Below the pieces are notes generated by a model that searched no databases, had not been told where the DNA came from, and saw nothing but the letters and a program-made list of their open reading frames with translations. DNA of 64,000 nt from Anaerovoracaceae bacterium. Lineage in GTDB: Bacteria > Bacillota > Clostridia > Peptostreptococcales > Anaerovoracaceae. Shown one piece after another: positions 1 to 10,531 of the stretch. Each line of letters opens with the position of its first letter. Position 1 is the first letter of the stretch. The stretch is taken from the NCBI GenBank assembly GCA_029983755.1, contig JASBYX010000002.1, positions 5,188 to 69,187 on the forward strand, written 5' to 3'. The position numbers and the translations under genes were made by a program.

Positions 1-1
1 G

Positions 2-523
2 ATTGCCATCGCTGAATTTGCCAACATCTCTGAGAGAAGATCCGAGAGAATGATTAACCCGGCACTTTCCGAAGGACTTCCGGGTTTTTTAACAAAACAC
101 GGGGGCGTATGCTCAGGATTCATGATCGCCCAGTATGCAGCGGCGTCAATGGTTTCCGAAAGCAAAGTGTATGCTCATCCGGCCTCCGTTGACTCGATTC
201 CAAGTTCAGGAAACCAAGAAGACCATGTGTCCATGGGAACGACCTCAGCAAGGACGGCTGCCATGATTTTGGACAACTCCCAGAAAGTTTTGGCAATTGA
301 GCTTATGACTGCGGCTCAGGCGATTTGGCTAAGGGATGAGATCGGAGAGAAGGCTATTGAACAGCTTTCCCCTGTAACGAAAGCAGCATATGATTTTATA
401 CGACAGCAAAGCGAGCCTGTTGACGAGGATATCATCATGCATGACGAAATGGAAAAGTTTGATAAGATGATTAAGGATGGAAGCTTTTTGGCTCACGTGG
501 AGAAGAGCGTAAACTTAAGATAG
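2..523 (+). CDS. hutH: Histidine ammonia-lyase, C-terminal part (5' end outside window)
   Basis: Frame open from base 2 ([20 protein letters not shown]); motifs [12 protein letters not shown] and [21 protein letters not shown]; precedes hutU. Confidence 0.95.
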   Translation: MAIAEFANISERRSERMINPALSEGLPGFLTKHGGVCSGFMIAQYAAASMVSESKVYAHPASVDSIPSSGNQEDHVSMGTTSARTAAMILDNSQKVLAIELMTAAQAIWLRDEIGEKAIEQLSPVTKAAYDFIRQQSEPVDEDIIMHDEMEKFDKMIKDGSFLAHVEKSVNLR

Positions 524-560
524 AAAACCATGTAAGAGGTGCGATGACAGGAGGTGCATC

Positions 561-2573
561 ATGAATCAGAACAAGGAAATTGCAGAGGCAATGACTATCA
601 AATTGGAAAATGAATACCCTGAATATCCCAAGTTTAAGGAGGGAATCAGGAGGGCTCCCGATAGGGGATACAGACTTACTCCGGCTCAGACAAAGATTGC
701 ACTGAGAAATGCACTAAGATATGTGCCGGAAGAACTCCATCAAAAGCTGGCACCGGAATTTTTAGAGGAGCTCAAGACCAGGGGTCGAATTTACGCATAT
801 AGATATAGGCCGGAAGGAAGGATTTACGGCAAACCGATAGATGAATACGAGGGTAAGTGTCTTGCAGGCAAGGCCTTTCAGGTTATGATGGACAACAACC
901 TGGACTTTGAAGTTGCCCTGTATCCATATGAACTGGTGACCTATGGGGAAACCGGATCAGTTTGCCAGAACTGGCTACAGTACAGATTGATTCAAAAGTA
1001 TCTGAGAGAGCTTACTGAGGATCAGACCCTTGTCGTGGAGTCAGGACATCCTTTGGGGCTATTCCCATCTAAACCTGAAGCACCGAGGGTTATCATAACA
1101 AATGCTCTCATGGTTGGAGAATACGATAATATTCATGACTGGGAAGTTGCAGAAGAAATGGGAGTTGCCAACTATGGACAGATGACCGCCGGTGGATGGA
1201 TGTACATAGGACCACAGGGAATAGTTCACGGCACCTTTAACACAATACTTAATGCAGGCAGAAAGTATCTGGGAGTCCCTGACGATGGAGATCTTTCAGG
1301 AATCACATTTGTTTCTTCAGGTCTAGGAGGAATGAGCGGAGCACAGCCTAAGGCGGCTAATATTGCAAGGGCTGTGGGCATCTTCGCGGAAGTTGACAAA
1401 TCAAGAATTGAGACAAGACATGACCAGGGTTGGGTTGATGTTGTTATGGATGACCTTGATGAAGTTTTCAAGCTTGCCGGGGAGAAGGTTAAGGCAAAGG
1501 AATCTATTTCCATCGCATATCACGGAAATATTGTAGATCTTCTCGAAGCAGCGTATGAGAAGAATTTCAAAATAGACCTTCTTTCAGACCAGACTTCTTG
1601 CCACAATGTGTATGATGGGGGTTACTGCCCTGTTGGAATGACCTTCGAAGAGAGAACTCGAATGCTGGCAGAAGACAGAGATGAATTTGTCAAGAGAATT
1701 GACGAAACCCTGAAACGCCACTATTTTGTGATCAAAAAGCTCACGGAGAAGGGAACTTACTTCTTCGACTACGGAAATTCATTCATGAAGGCCATGTTTG
1801 ACTCCGGGATAAAGGAAATTTCCAAGAACGGCGTGGACGACAAGGATGGATTCATCTGGCCGTCGTATGTTGAGGACATTATGGGGCCGATTTTGTTCGA
1901 CTATGGGTACGGTCCTTTTAGATGGGTTTGCCTGTCCGGGAAGCCGGAGGATTTGGATATGACTGACCAAACCGCTATGGACTGCATCGATCCTGATAGG
2001 CGTGCACAGGATAGGGACAACTGGGTTTGGATCAGAGACGCCAAGGAAAACAAGATGGTTGTGGGAACACAGGCAAGGATTTTGTACCAGGATGCAGAGC
2101 GTAGAAGAGACATCGCTCTTGCATTTAACAAGCTTGTGCGTGATGGGAAGACAGGGCCTATAATGCTGGGCCGTGATCACCACGATGTTTCGGGAACAGA
2201 CTCTCCTTTCAGGGAGACTTCAAATATTAAGGACGGATCCAATGTCATGGCGGATATGGCTGTACAGTGTTTTGCCGGAAATGCAGCACGTGGAATGAGC
2301 CTTTGCGCCCTACATAACGGTGGCGGAGTTGGAATCGGAAAAGCTATCAACGGAGGCTTTGGACTCCTTCTTGACGGTTCCGAAAAGACTGACAATATCA
2401 TAAAATCGGCCATGATGTGGGACGTTATGGGAGGTGTAGCAAGGCGAAGCTGGGCCAGAAACGAGAATGCAATCACAACAGCCACTGCGTATAATCACAA
2501 TTATCAGGGCAAGGGACACATTACAATCCCTTACCTTGTGGATGATGAGCTGATCGAAGATCTTGTAAAATAA
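561..2573 (+). CDS. hutU: Urocanate hydratase
   Basis: YGQMTAGGWMYIGPQGIVHGT, GLGGMSGAQP, SDQTSCHN, GRDHHDVSG, HNGGGVG; RBS GGAGG. Confidence 0.97.
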   Translation: MNQNKEIAEAMTIKLENEYPEYPKFKEGIRRAPDRGYRLTPAQTKIALRNALRYVPEELHQKLAPEFLEELKTRGRIYAYRYRPEGRIYGKPIDEYEGKCLAGKAFQVMMDNNLDFEVALYPYELVTYGETGSVCQNWLQYRLIQKYLRELTEDQTLVVESGHPLGLFPSKPEAPRVIITNALMVGEYDNIHDWEVAEEMGVANYGQMTAGGWMYIGPQGIVHGTFNTILNAGRKYLGVPDDGDLSGITFVSSGLGGMSGAQPKAANIARAVGIFAEVDKSRIETRHDQGWVDVVMDDLDEVFKLAGEKVKAKESISIAYHGNIVDLLEAAYEKNFKIDLLSDQTSCHNVYDGGYCPVGMTFEERTRMLAEDRDEFVKRIDETLKRHYFVIKKLTEKGTYFFDYGNSFMKAMFDSGIKEISKNGVDDKDGFIWPSYVEDIMGPILFDYGYGPFRWVCLSGKPEDLDMTDQTAMDCIDPDRRAQDRDNWVWIRDAKENKMVVGTQARILYQDAERRRDIALAFNKLVRDGKTGPIMLGRDHHDVSGTDSPFRETSNIKDGSNVMADMAVQCFAGNAARGMSLCALHNGGGVGIGKAINGGFGLLLDGSEKTDNIIKSAMMWDVMGGVARRSWARNENAITTATAYNHNYQGKGHITIPYLVDDELIEDLVK

Positions 2574-2667
2574 GGGGCTGACAGGTCTGACAAAACAGTA
2601 ACTTGGCAGAGATTAACAGCGAAGTTAGACGGAGATTTTCAAATAGATTTTATATGAGGACAACAAG

Positions 2668-3945
2668 ATGAGCAAAGTTTTGGTTAAAAATATAGGCACC
2701 CTTCAGACTCCGGTGGGAAGCTATGCCCACAAGGGAAAGGAGCAAGGAGAGAACCTCGTGCTAAAAAACGCAGCCATACTCATAGAGGACGGCATCATTG
2801 CTGAGATAATATCAGGAGATGGAGAGAAGCTGAGCCAGCAGGTTGCAGAGGCTGAAAAAGAGGCGGATTCTGTAATCGATGCAGAGGGACACCTTGTGAC
2901 ACCGGGACTTGTGGAGAGCCACACCCACATGATATTCGGCGGATACAGACAGCACGAACTTCCAAAGAAGCTCAGGGGAGCCACGTACCTTGACATCCTC
3001 AGGGAAGGCGGCGGAATCAATGACACCGTAAGAGCAACAAGAGCTGCAAGTTCTGAAGAGCTCTACAACAAAACAGCTGCTTTTCTGGACGAGGTCGCAA
3101 GTTTCGGAGTTACCACATGCGAGGTCAAAAGTGGCTACGGACTGGATTTTGAGACTGAGGTCAAATGCCTGGAAGTATTGAGAAAGCTAAATGATGAGCA
3201 CCCCTTGGACATCGTTTCCACCTTTATGGGAGCACATGCCCTTCCACCGGAATATAAAGGAAATCCGCAGGAGGGAAAACCCGATGATAAAGAGGGCTTC
3301 TTCAAGCTTATGAACGAGAAGCTTCTCCCATATATTGCGGAGCGTGATCTTGCGGATTTTGTTGATATTTTCATCGAGGCCGAGGTTTTCAGCGTTGAAG
3401 AGGGAAGAGTTTACCTTGAGAAAGCTAAGGAACTTGGATATGACATCAAAATTCATGCTGACGAGATTAAATCGATAGGAGGCACAGAGCTTGCAGGAGA
3501 AATGAAGGCCAGGAGTGCGGAGCACTTAATAGTGGCTGACTCTAAAGGGATTGATGCCTTAGCTAAAGGCGGAACTGTGGCAGTTTGTCTGCCGGGAACA
3601 TCTTTCTATTTAGGATCAACCTTCGCCCCAGCACGGGAAATGATAGAAAAAGAAGTGCCTGTAGCTATTGCGACGGACTTCAATCCGGGATCATGTCCTT
3701 GTTTGAACTTGCAGCTTATGATGAACCTGGCAATTCTGAAGTACAAAATGTTGCCAGAAGAAATTCTAACAGCAGTAACAGTAAATGCTGCAGCAGCACT
3801 CAACATGGAAAAACTTGTGGGAACTGTGGAAGTTGGTAAACAGGCAGATTTAGCCATATGGGGAATAGACGATTTCAATATGGCGTGCTACAGATACGGC
3901 TCAAATCTTGTGAGGAAAACAATTAAGAAAGGTGAATTAATTTAA
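2668..3945 (+). CDS. hutI: Imidazolonepropionase
   Basis: PGLVESHTH, EVKSGYGL, KIHADE, ATDFNPGS amidohydrolase motifs; hut context. Confidence 0.96.
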   Translation: MSKVLVKNIGTLQTPVGSYAHKGKEQGENLVLKNAAILIEDGIIAEIISGDGEKLSQQVAEAEKEADSVIDAEGHLVTPGLVESHTHMIFGGYRQHELPKKLRGATYLDILREGGGINDTVRATRAASSEELYNKTAAFLDEVASFGVTTCEVKSGYGLDFETEVKCLEVLRKLNDEHPLDIVSTFMGAHALPPEYKGNPQEGKPDDKEGFFKLMNEKLLPYIAERDLADFVDIFIEAEVFSVEEGRVYLEKAKELGYDIKIHADEIKSIGGTELAGEMKARSAEHLIVADSKGIDALAKGGTVAVCLPGTSFYLGSTFAPAREMIEKEVPVAIATDFNPGSCPCLNLQLMMNLAILKYKMLPEEILTAVTVNAAAALNMEKLVGTVEVGKQADLAIWGIDDFNMACYRYGSNLVRKTIKKGELI

Positions 3946-4574
3946 TGGGAAAACTAATTGATCTGGATATTCAAAAGTATATGGCAGACCTTGCATCAAA
4001 CTCACCGGCCCCGGGAGGGGGATCTGCCAGCGCTTTGGCAGGAGCTCAAGGAATAGCCCTTGTCATGATGGTTGCAGAGCTAACCGTGGGCAAGGAAAAG
4101 TACGCAGAGTATGAGGAAGTTTGCCAAAAAGCAATAAGTGATGGCAGGGCAAGGCTGAATGATTTCCTCAAGGCGATCGACGATGACACGGAAGCCTATA
4201 ATAAAGTTGGTGCAGCCTTTAAGATGCCGAAATCCACAGAGGAAGAAAAGGCACAGCGAAGTGCTGCAATACAAGAGGCCACTATTTTGGCGACCCGTGT
4301 TCCACTGCACACCATGGAAATTGCAATGGAAGCACTTAAAATCGCCGAAAGCGTCATAGGAAGGTCAAATCCGAACTGCGCCAGCGACATAGGCGTTGGA
4401 GCCCTGAATCTAAAGGCGGCACTTCTTGGAGCTTGGCTGAATGTGAAGATCAACCTTCCGGGAATCAAGGAAGAAGGTCTTAAACAGGAAATTTTGAATC
4501 ATGCTCAGGACATGATTTCCGAAGGGAACAAAATAGCTGACCACTGTTACACGGCGGTTGAAGAGATTATTTAG
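3945..4574 (+). CDS. Formiminotetrahydrofolate cyclodeaminase / cyclohydrolase family protein
   Basis: LASNSPAPGGGSASAL and NVKINL motifs of FTCD C-terminal domain; overlaps hutI stop. Confidence 0.9.
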   Translation: MGKLIDLDIQKYMADLASNSPAPGGGSASALAGAQGIALVMMVAELTVGKEKYAEYEEVCQKAISDGRARLNDFLKAIDDDTEAYNKVGAAFKMPKSTEEEKAQRSAAIQEATILATRVPLHTMEIAMEALKIAESVIGRSNPNCASDIGVGALNLKAALLGAWLNVKINLPGIKEEGLKQEILNHAQDMISEGNKIADHCYTAVEEII

Positions 4575-4582
4575 GAGGAGAA

Positions 4583-5491
4583 ATGGCACAGATTATTGAA
4601 AGCATTCCTAACATAAGTGAAGGAAGAAGAATGGACGTAATTGAAGCGTGTGTTGAAGAAATTAGAAGCACCCCGGGTTGCACGCTTTTGAGTTTTGTAC
4701 CTGACGAAAGCCACAACAGAACTGTGATAACATATATAGGAGATGCTAAGGGAGTTGAAGAAGCCAGCGTAAAACTTGTAAAAAAGGCAGCGGAGCTCAT
4801 CGACCTTACCAAGCACAAGGGAGAGCATCCGAGAATGGGGGCAGTGGACGTTATGCCATTTTTGCCTATAAAGGAAGCTACAACTGAGGATTGCATCAAG
4901 CTTTCAGAGGTTGTGGGTGAAAGGATTGCTAAAGAAGCAGGAGTCCCTGTGTTCCTATATGAACAGTCAGCTAGACGACCTGAAAGACAGAACCTTGTTA
5001 AAATCAGGAAGGGTCAGTTCGAAGGCATGGCGGAAAAAGTTCAAGAAGAGGACTGGGAGCCTGACTTTGGGGGAAGAAAAATTCACCCTACAGCGGGAGT
5101 TATGGCAGTTGGGGCAAGACCGCCGCTAATTGCATACAACCTGAATCTGGACACTGCAAATGTGGAAATTGCAAAGAAAATCGCAGAGTCCATCAGAGAG
5201 AGAAACGGCGGCCTTGACTGCGTTAAAGCCATGGGTTTCATGATCGATGACGAAAAAACAGGTCAGCATTATGCCCAGGTTTCAATAAACATGACAAACT
5301 TTGAAGTTACACCTTTGTATAGGGTTACAGAACTTGTGAAGGCTGAGGCCAGACGATGGGGTGTGAGAGTCGTGCAGACGGAAGTTATAGGGCTGTGTCC
5401 TATGAAGGCTCTAATCGACAGCGCTGAGTATTACCTCCAGATTAAGGATTTCGACTACCATACTCAGGTGCTGGAGAACCATATTTTGTAG
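4583..5491 (+). CDS. ftcD: Glutamate formimidoyltransferase
   Basis: ESIPNISEGR, HNRTVIT, HPRMGAVDV, HPTAG, GARPPLIAYN. Confidence 0.95.
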   Translation: MAQIIESIPNISEGRRMDVIEACVEEIRSTPGCTLLSFVPDESHNRTVITYIGDAKGVEEASVKLVKKAAELIDLTKHKGEHPRMGAVDVMPFLPIKEATTEDCIKLSEVVGERIAKEAGVPVFLYEQSARRPERQNLVKIRKGQFEGMAEKVQEEDWEPDFGGRKIHPTAGVMAVGARPPLIAYNLNLDTANVEIAKKIAESIRERNGGLDCVKAMGFMIDDEKTGQHYAQVSINMTNFEVTPLYRVTELVKAEARRWGVRVVQTEVIGLCPMKALIDSAEYYLQIKDFDYHTQVLENHIL

Positions 5492-5601
5492 AATTTTGTG
5501 GAGCCATAAGTTTCTGGAAATATCAGACTCTATGAAATAACAGAATTTGTGGAACTATCGGTTAAAGTAGGATTATAGTAGGATTTTGGATTGCGGAAAG
5601 A

Positions 5602-6171
5602 ATGAGAATAAAAGAATTTAAGGCGAGAATACCCGTTAGGGAATATATTGACAAATACATAGATATTGAAAAATTTGAGCAGTACTGCAGAGAGTGCAAG
5701 AATTGGGAGAAAGTTTGGTCCTGCCCGCCATTTAAATTTGATCCCATAGACTACTGGGAGCAGTTCGACAGGTTTTTCGTGCTGGGCTACAAAGTGATCC
5801 TTGAAAATGAAGAGGAGAGGGAGAACTGGGCTGTCAAACTTTCGGAAGCAAAGCAGAAGATGATGGACTATCTCTTTGAAATGGAGCTCATGTACATCGG
5901 GGGAGTTTCCCTGGCTCCGGGCAACTGCAAACTCTGTGCTGACGAAAAGGGAATAATAATTGATGACGACAGATATTGCAGCAGAAGCCAAGAGGAACCT
6001 TGCAGGTATCCGGAGAAAATGCGCTACTCCATCGAAGCTCTAGGGGGAGATGTGACTAAAACTGCTGAGGACCTCCTGGGGCTGGAACTTAAGTGGGGCA
6101 AAGACGGTGAGCTGCCGGAGTATTTTGCACTTGTAGGGGGTCTAATTTACAGCGACAAAGCGTTTATGTAA
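5602..6171 (+). CDS. Predicted metal-binding protein (DUF2284-like)
   Basis: CxxCxN..WSCPP, GxCxxC, CRYPEKMRYSIEALGGDV pattern. Confidence 0.8.
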   Translation: MRIKEFKARIPVREYIDKYIDIEKFEQYCRECKNWEKVWSCPPFKFDPIDYWEQFDRFFVLGYKVILENEEERENWAVKLSEAKQKMMDYLFEMELMYIGGVSLAPGNCKLCADEKGIIIDDDRYCSRSQEEPCRYPEKMRYSIEALGGDVTKTAEDLLGLELKWGKDGELPEYFALVGGLIYSDKAFM

Positions 6172-6208
6172 AAGGGACCTTGTAATCGGCTGAAATACGT
6201 ATACCGTA

Positions 6209-6994
6209 GTGCGAGAGGAACAACCTTCTATGGTGAGAACACAGACTTCACAAAATAGCGGCAGAAAGAGGCTGCGTGACTGGCTTGGGCCGGTTCTCAT
6301 AGTTGTGGGAATCGCTGTTTTGTTGATGCCAATTATACAGGCCAGGTTCATAGAACAGAGTGAGAATGAAAAGGTCGTGAAGGCCTTTGAGGAGTACAGT
6401 AGCAATGAGAAGACGGAGAAGGGAAATCAATCGAAGGTTTCCCTTTTTCAGGAAGAAAACGCTCCGATCGGAGTGATTTACCTTCCTACGATTGACATTG
6501 CATTACCGATTTACGACAGATTGAGTGAATTTGCTCTCTCAAAAGGGGTAGGTGCAATGAAGGGATACGATGATATAAGCGGGGAAATGAACACAGTTTG
6601 TGCTCTTTCTTCTCACAGCGGTCTCAGTGCTAACGGCCTTTTCACTAACCTGAACAAGATTAAGAAGAACGAAAATTTTTACATAAGAAAGGCAGACGGC
6701 AAAATCAATCAGTACAAGGTCTACGACATTAAGACAGTTTTGCCCAATGACACATCAAGACTTAAAAAGGTCGAAGGTCAGGCTACAGCCATACTTATAA
6801 CCTGTGAGAACCTTGAGGGAATCAATACCCATAGGAGACTGGTTTTCGGAAAGCTCATGGGAGAAATTGACAGAATTCCGGAGGGTACTTTTGTCCTGAG
6901 TACATATGAGAAAATCGTCCTAGGGGTGATAGCACTCGTTGTCCTGAACTTCTTAATTCGAATTTTCGTAGGGAAAAAGAAGAAAAACATGTAG
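6209..6994 (+). CDS. Class C sortase (start uncertain; ATG 6230 alternative)
   Basis: N- and C-terminal TM helices, SHSG His motif, FTNLNK, LITC catalytic Cys, HRRLVFG Arg. Confidence 0.85.
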   Translation: MREEQPSMVRTQTSQNSGRKRLRDWLGPVLIVVGIAVLLMPIIQARFIEQSENEKVVKAFEEYSSNEKTEKGNQSKVSLFQEENAPIGVIYLPTIDIALPIYDRLSEFALSKGVGAMKGYDDISGEMNTVCALSSHSGLSANGLFTNLNKIKKNENFYIRKADGKINQYKVYDIKTVLPNDTSRLKKVEGQATAILITCENLEGINTHRRLVFGKLMGEIDRIPEGTFVLSTYEKIVLGVIALVVLNFLIRIFVGKKKKNM

Positions 6995-7060
6995 TATAAT
7001 GGAAAGATCTGTAGTATCAGAGGTAACAGTCGAACCTAAAACTTTTAGCATACAAATATA

Positions 7061-7128
7061 AATATATGTCCGCATTTAGTTGTAATATACGACATAGATA
7101 TGTTACAATAAATGTGGATATTTTATAT
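7061..7128 (+). promoter_or_regulatory. Imperfect inverted repeat overlapping abiE promoter (probable antitoxin operator)
   Basis: TGTCCGCATTTAGTTGTAA ... TTACAATAAATGTGGATA; TTGTAA (7080) and TACAAT (7104) promoter-like boxes; AbiEi autoregulation via inverted repeats is known. Confidence 0.55.
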
Positions 7129-7143
7129 TTAGGAGGGATTGTT

Positions 7144-7749
7144 TTGGAGAAAAAGCAAATTGTCCGGGACATAATAGTGAGTAATGGTGGAATTGCAAGC
7201 ACTGCAGATTTTGTAGCCGAAGATATCAGTAGATATGAAGTTGCATCATACTGTAAAGATGGAGTTGTTAAAAGAATTAGAAGAGGATTTTATAAACTAC
7301 CGGATGATAATCCAATTTCTGAAGAAAAGTTGCTAAAGGCGATTTTACCACAAGGAATTATATGTATAGAATCAGCTCTTTTCTATTACAAATATAGTGA
7401 CTTTGTTCCACGACAGTGGTCTATTGCGGTTCCTAGAACAGCTACGAGAGCTGTAAATAGAGTAGTTGAATTTCCGATGAAAGCCTATTATGTTCAGAAG
7501 GAGTTTTTGGATATAGGACGGACTACAGGAAATTTTAATGGAGTAACGTTACCAATATATGATAGAGAAAGAACGATTTGTGACTGTTTTAAATATCGCA
7601 CGAAACTCGATAGAGAAATTTTTATTAAAGCTGTCAATGCATATGCGTCTGATAAATCCAAAAATCTTGCTAATCTTTCCATTTATGCAAGAAAGATGGG
7701 CATATACACAAAAGTTTTTAATCTAATGGAGGTTTTACTAAATGAATGA
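7144..7749 (+). CDS. abiEi: Type IV TA antitoxin AbiEi
   Basis: TTG start after AGGAGG; RIRRGFY wHTH, ICIESAL, YDRERTICDCF; overlaps toxin start. Confidence 0.88.
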   Translation: MEKKQIVRDIIVSNGGIASTADFVAEDISRYEVASYCKDGVVKRIRRGFYKLPDDNPISEEKLLKAILPQGIICIESALFYYKYSDFVPRQWSIAVPRTATRAVNRVVEFPMKAYYVQKEFLDIGRTTGNFNGVTLPIYDRERTICDCFKYRTKLDREIFIKAVNAYASDKSKNLANLSIYARKMGIYTKVFNLMEVLLNE

Positions 7750-8647
7750 TCCTGCTGCATCTGTTTTGGCGCGACTCAAAAATAAGTCAAAAGAAAGTGA
7801 TAAGAGCTACCAATTATTTCTTCAACTTTTTTCCCAAGAAGAGTTCTTACGGCGGCTAGAGAATTCACAGTATTCTGAGAATTTGGTGTTGAAAGGTGGG
7901 CTATTTCTATACACATTAACGGAATTTGACAGTCGAGTAACGGTAGATATAGATTTCCTACTCAAAAAACTGCCAAACTCACCTGAACAATTACAGAAGA
8001 TTCTAAAAGATATTATAGAGCAAGAAACAGGTAACAATTTTGTATAATTTGAGATAAAAAATATTACAAAAATATCAGTGGCAAATAAGTACTCTGGAAT
8101 TAGTGCATCTATTGTTGCCCACATCAAAAATACAAAAACCCCATTTTCAATTGACATTGGAGTAGGTGATATAATAGTACCCAATCAAGTGAAGCGAGTT
8201 ATACCAACTCAACTTTCCGGGTTTCATAGTCCTCTAATTAATACCTATTCAATAGAGACGACTGTTGCAGAAAAGATAGATGCGATCCTTAATTTAATGG
8301 AGTTTTCGAGCCGAATGAAGGATTACTATGATATCTTTTATTTAGCAAATGAATTTGATTTTGATGGCGCTCATTTAAGTGAGGCTCTAAATAAAACTTT
8401 CATAAATCGAGGACGAAAATTCAGCACAAAACAATTTAAGGATATGACCAATTTCTACAACAATAGTGATATGCAAATAAAATGGAATGCATTTGTTAAG
8501 AAAATTGATCTAGGAGCAATTAGCTTAAAAAATGTACTTGATACTATAGATACTTTCCTCAGTAGACCAATATATGCTATTATTGAAGGCAAACCTTTTG
8601 AAGAAACATGGATAGCATCTGAAAATCGATGGATAAAAACATACTAA
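7742..8647 (+). pseudogene. abiEii: Type IV TA toxin AbiEii (nucleotidyltransferase) with an in-frame TAA at 8045-8047
   Basis: LKGG..RVTVDID, IDIGVGD, AEK, SRMKDYYD; ORFs 7742-8047 and 8078-8647 share a frame (GNNFV*FEIKNITKISVANKY). Confidence 0.85.
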
Positions 8648-8675
8648 AAAGCTGAAGGCTAAACCTTCAGCTTTT
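8647..8675. terminator. Bidirectional intrinsic terminator
   Basis: AAAAGCTGAAGG-ctaaa-CCTTCAGCTTTT between convergent genes. Confidence 0.85.
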
Positions 8676-8688
8676 AAAATTACATTAA

Positions 8689-9324
8689 CTATTTCGAGAT
8701 TGCGTTTTTGATAAATGTCTTGAGCTCCTCGTAAGAACCGGTACCTATGGTTGCGTGCTCCTCATCTGTCTTACCATCGATAATCAGGAAAGGCACCACA
8801 TTGACACCATAGCTTGCTACTACAAGGAAATCGTCCTTTAAAAGCTTTTCAGTCTTAGGATCTTCGAGGGCTTTTGACCAAGCTGCCATGTCTATACCGG
8901 TGGTTTCAACTGCCGCCCTTATAACCTTTGGATCGTTAATGTTTTTAACATCAACAAAATAAGCGGTCTCCAGGGCATCGAACACGCCCCAGTAGGCATC
9001 CTCGCCGCCTACAGCTCTAGCAGCTTCACAAGCCATTAAAGGGGGAATGGATATAGGAAGAGGGCCATCGTAAGCCTCCAAACCTTCATAATTATATATC
9101 CTGTCAGGGGACTTACCTGCATTCTTTTTCCAATGCTCAATAAATAATTCCTTCGCTTTTTCTTCAGAGCCGTAATCCGCAGCATAGTCAGACCGATCAA
9201 GAAGGAGTGCAAAACTTCTATGCTGTATCTCAAGCTCCGGAAATTCCTTTGAAAGTTGCCTTATAATTGGCGAAGCCATATAACAATATGCACAAAGCAC
9301 ATCGTGGAAAAACTCCATTTTCAT
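8689..9324 (-). CDS. DsbA/FrnE-family thiol oxidoreductase
   Basis: FFHDVLCAYC CxxC near N-terminus, GVNVVP cis-Pro; no signal peptide. Confidence 0.85.
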   Translation of the reverse strand: MKMEFFHDVLCAYCYMASPIIRQLSKEFPELEIQHRSFALLLDRSDYAADYGSEEKAKELFIEHWKKNAGKSPDRIYNYEGLEAYDGPLPISIPPLMACEAARAVGGEDAYWGVFDALETAYFVDVKNINDPKVIRAAVETTGIDMAAWSKALEDPKTEKLLKDDFLVVASYGVNVVPFLIIDGKTDEEHATIGTGSYEELKTFIKNAISK

Positions 9325-9344
9325 GGCAAATACCTCCTATTCAA

Positions 9345-10484
9345 TTACTTAACGTAAACCTTAGGAAGCCTCTGTCCAAAAGCACAGGTGATTTCGTAGT
9401 TGATAGTACCTGTTGCATCTGCAATGTCATCAGCGAGAATAGTGTTTGTTCCATCGCTACCCATTACAATAACCTCATCACCAATTTTAACTTCAGGAAC
9501 ATCTGTAACATCAACCATACACTGATCCATACAGATATTACCTGCAACCGGGCAGACAACCCCATTTACGATAACCTTAGCTTGAGCAGAATAAGGTCTA
9601 GGATATCCGTCAGCATATCCGAGAGCTAATGTAGCAATCTTTGAAGGCCTCTCGGCAATAAACTTTCTACCATATCCACAAGAAAACCCTACAGGAACAT
9701 CCTTAAGATGAACAATCGCAGCCTTAACACTCATCACCGGCTTAATATCGAGGTTTTCCTTTAGAACTTCATGGGATGGGTAGCACCCGTACAAAATAAT
9801 TCCGGGGCGTACAGCGTCGAAGTAGACGCTAGGGATCTCCATGATGGAAGCGGAATTTGCAAGGGTTCTCTTCGGTAGTTTAATCCCGTTTTCTTCAAGA
9901 AAACTATAGAACTTGTTGTACTTTTCTTCCTGAAGATGAGAGAAGCTCTTATCTGCCGCATCGGCCGTCGCCATATGTGAAAAGAGGCCCTTCAGCTTGA
10001 AATTCTCAAGCTCACACATCCCCTTAACCTCAGGCAACGCAGCCTCAAACTCATCAGCCAAGTACCCTATCCTCCCCATACCGGTATCGATAGCCAGAAG
10101 CCCCTCCAAAGTCTTCCCCGCCGAAGCGGCAGCCTTATCAATAGCCTTAGCGTTGTCTAAAGAGCAAACAACAGGAGTCAAATCGTATTCAACCAATGTA
10201 TCAACATAGAAATCAGGAGTGAGACCAAGAATAATTATCTCCTCTTTAGCCCCGTGCTCCCTCAAAGTAACAGCTTCCTGAAGGGTCGCAACAGCGAAAA
10301 TCTTCACTCCGTTATCCCTTAAAACCTGAGCACAGGCTGGAGCACCGTGACCGTATGCATCTGCTTTGATAACACCGATGATCTCCCTGTCAGCACCGAT
10401 TTTCTCTCGAATCTGTTTGATGTTGTAATCAAGATTAGAGAGGTTAACCTCGACCCAAGCGGGTCTAATCGCATCTTTAAACAT
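9345..10484 (-). CDS. alr: Alanine racemase
   Basis: VIKADAYGHG PLP lysine, IDTGMGRIG, VRPGIILYG, GYADG, ICMDQ. Confidence 0.96.
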   Translation of the reverse strand: MFKDAIRPAWVEVNLSNLDYNIKQIREKIGADREIIGVIKADAYGHGAPACAQVLRDNGVKIFAVATLQEAVTLREHGAKEEIIILGLTPDFYVDTLVEYDLTPVVCSLDNAKAIDKAAASAGKTLEGLLAIDTGMGRIGYLADEFEAALPEVKGMCELENFKLKGLFSHMATADAADKSFSHLQEEKYNKFYSFLEENGIKLPKRTLANSASIMEIPSVYFDAVRPGIILYGCYPSHEVLKENLDIKPVMSVKAAIVHLKDVPVGFSCGYGRKFIAERPSKIATLALGYADGYPRPYSAQAKVIVNGVVCPVAGNICMDQCMVDVTDVPEVKIGDEVIVMGSDGTNTILADDIADATGTINYEITCAFGQRLPKVYVK

Positions 10485-10531
10485 TTCTTTAATCTTCCTT
10501 TCCTTATTCTGCTCACTTAATTCTATAGAAT

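Noticed and set aside
8045..8047. Selenocysteine or pyrrolysine recoding in abiEii
   Set aside because: The codon is TAA, not TGA or TAG.
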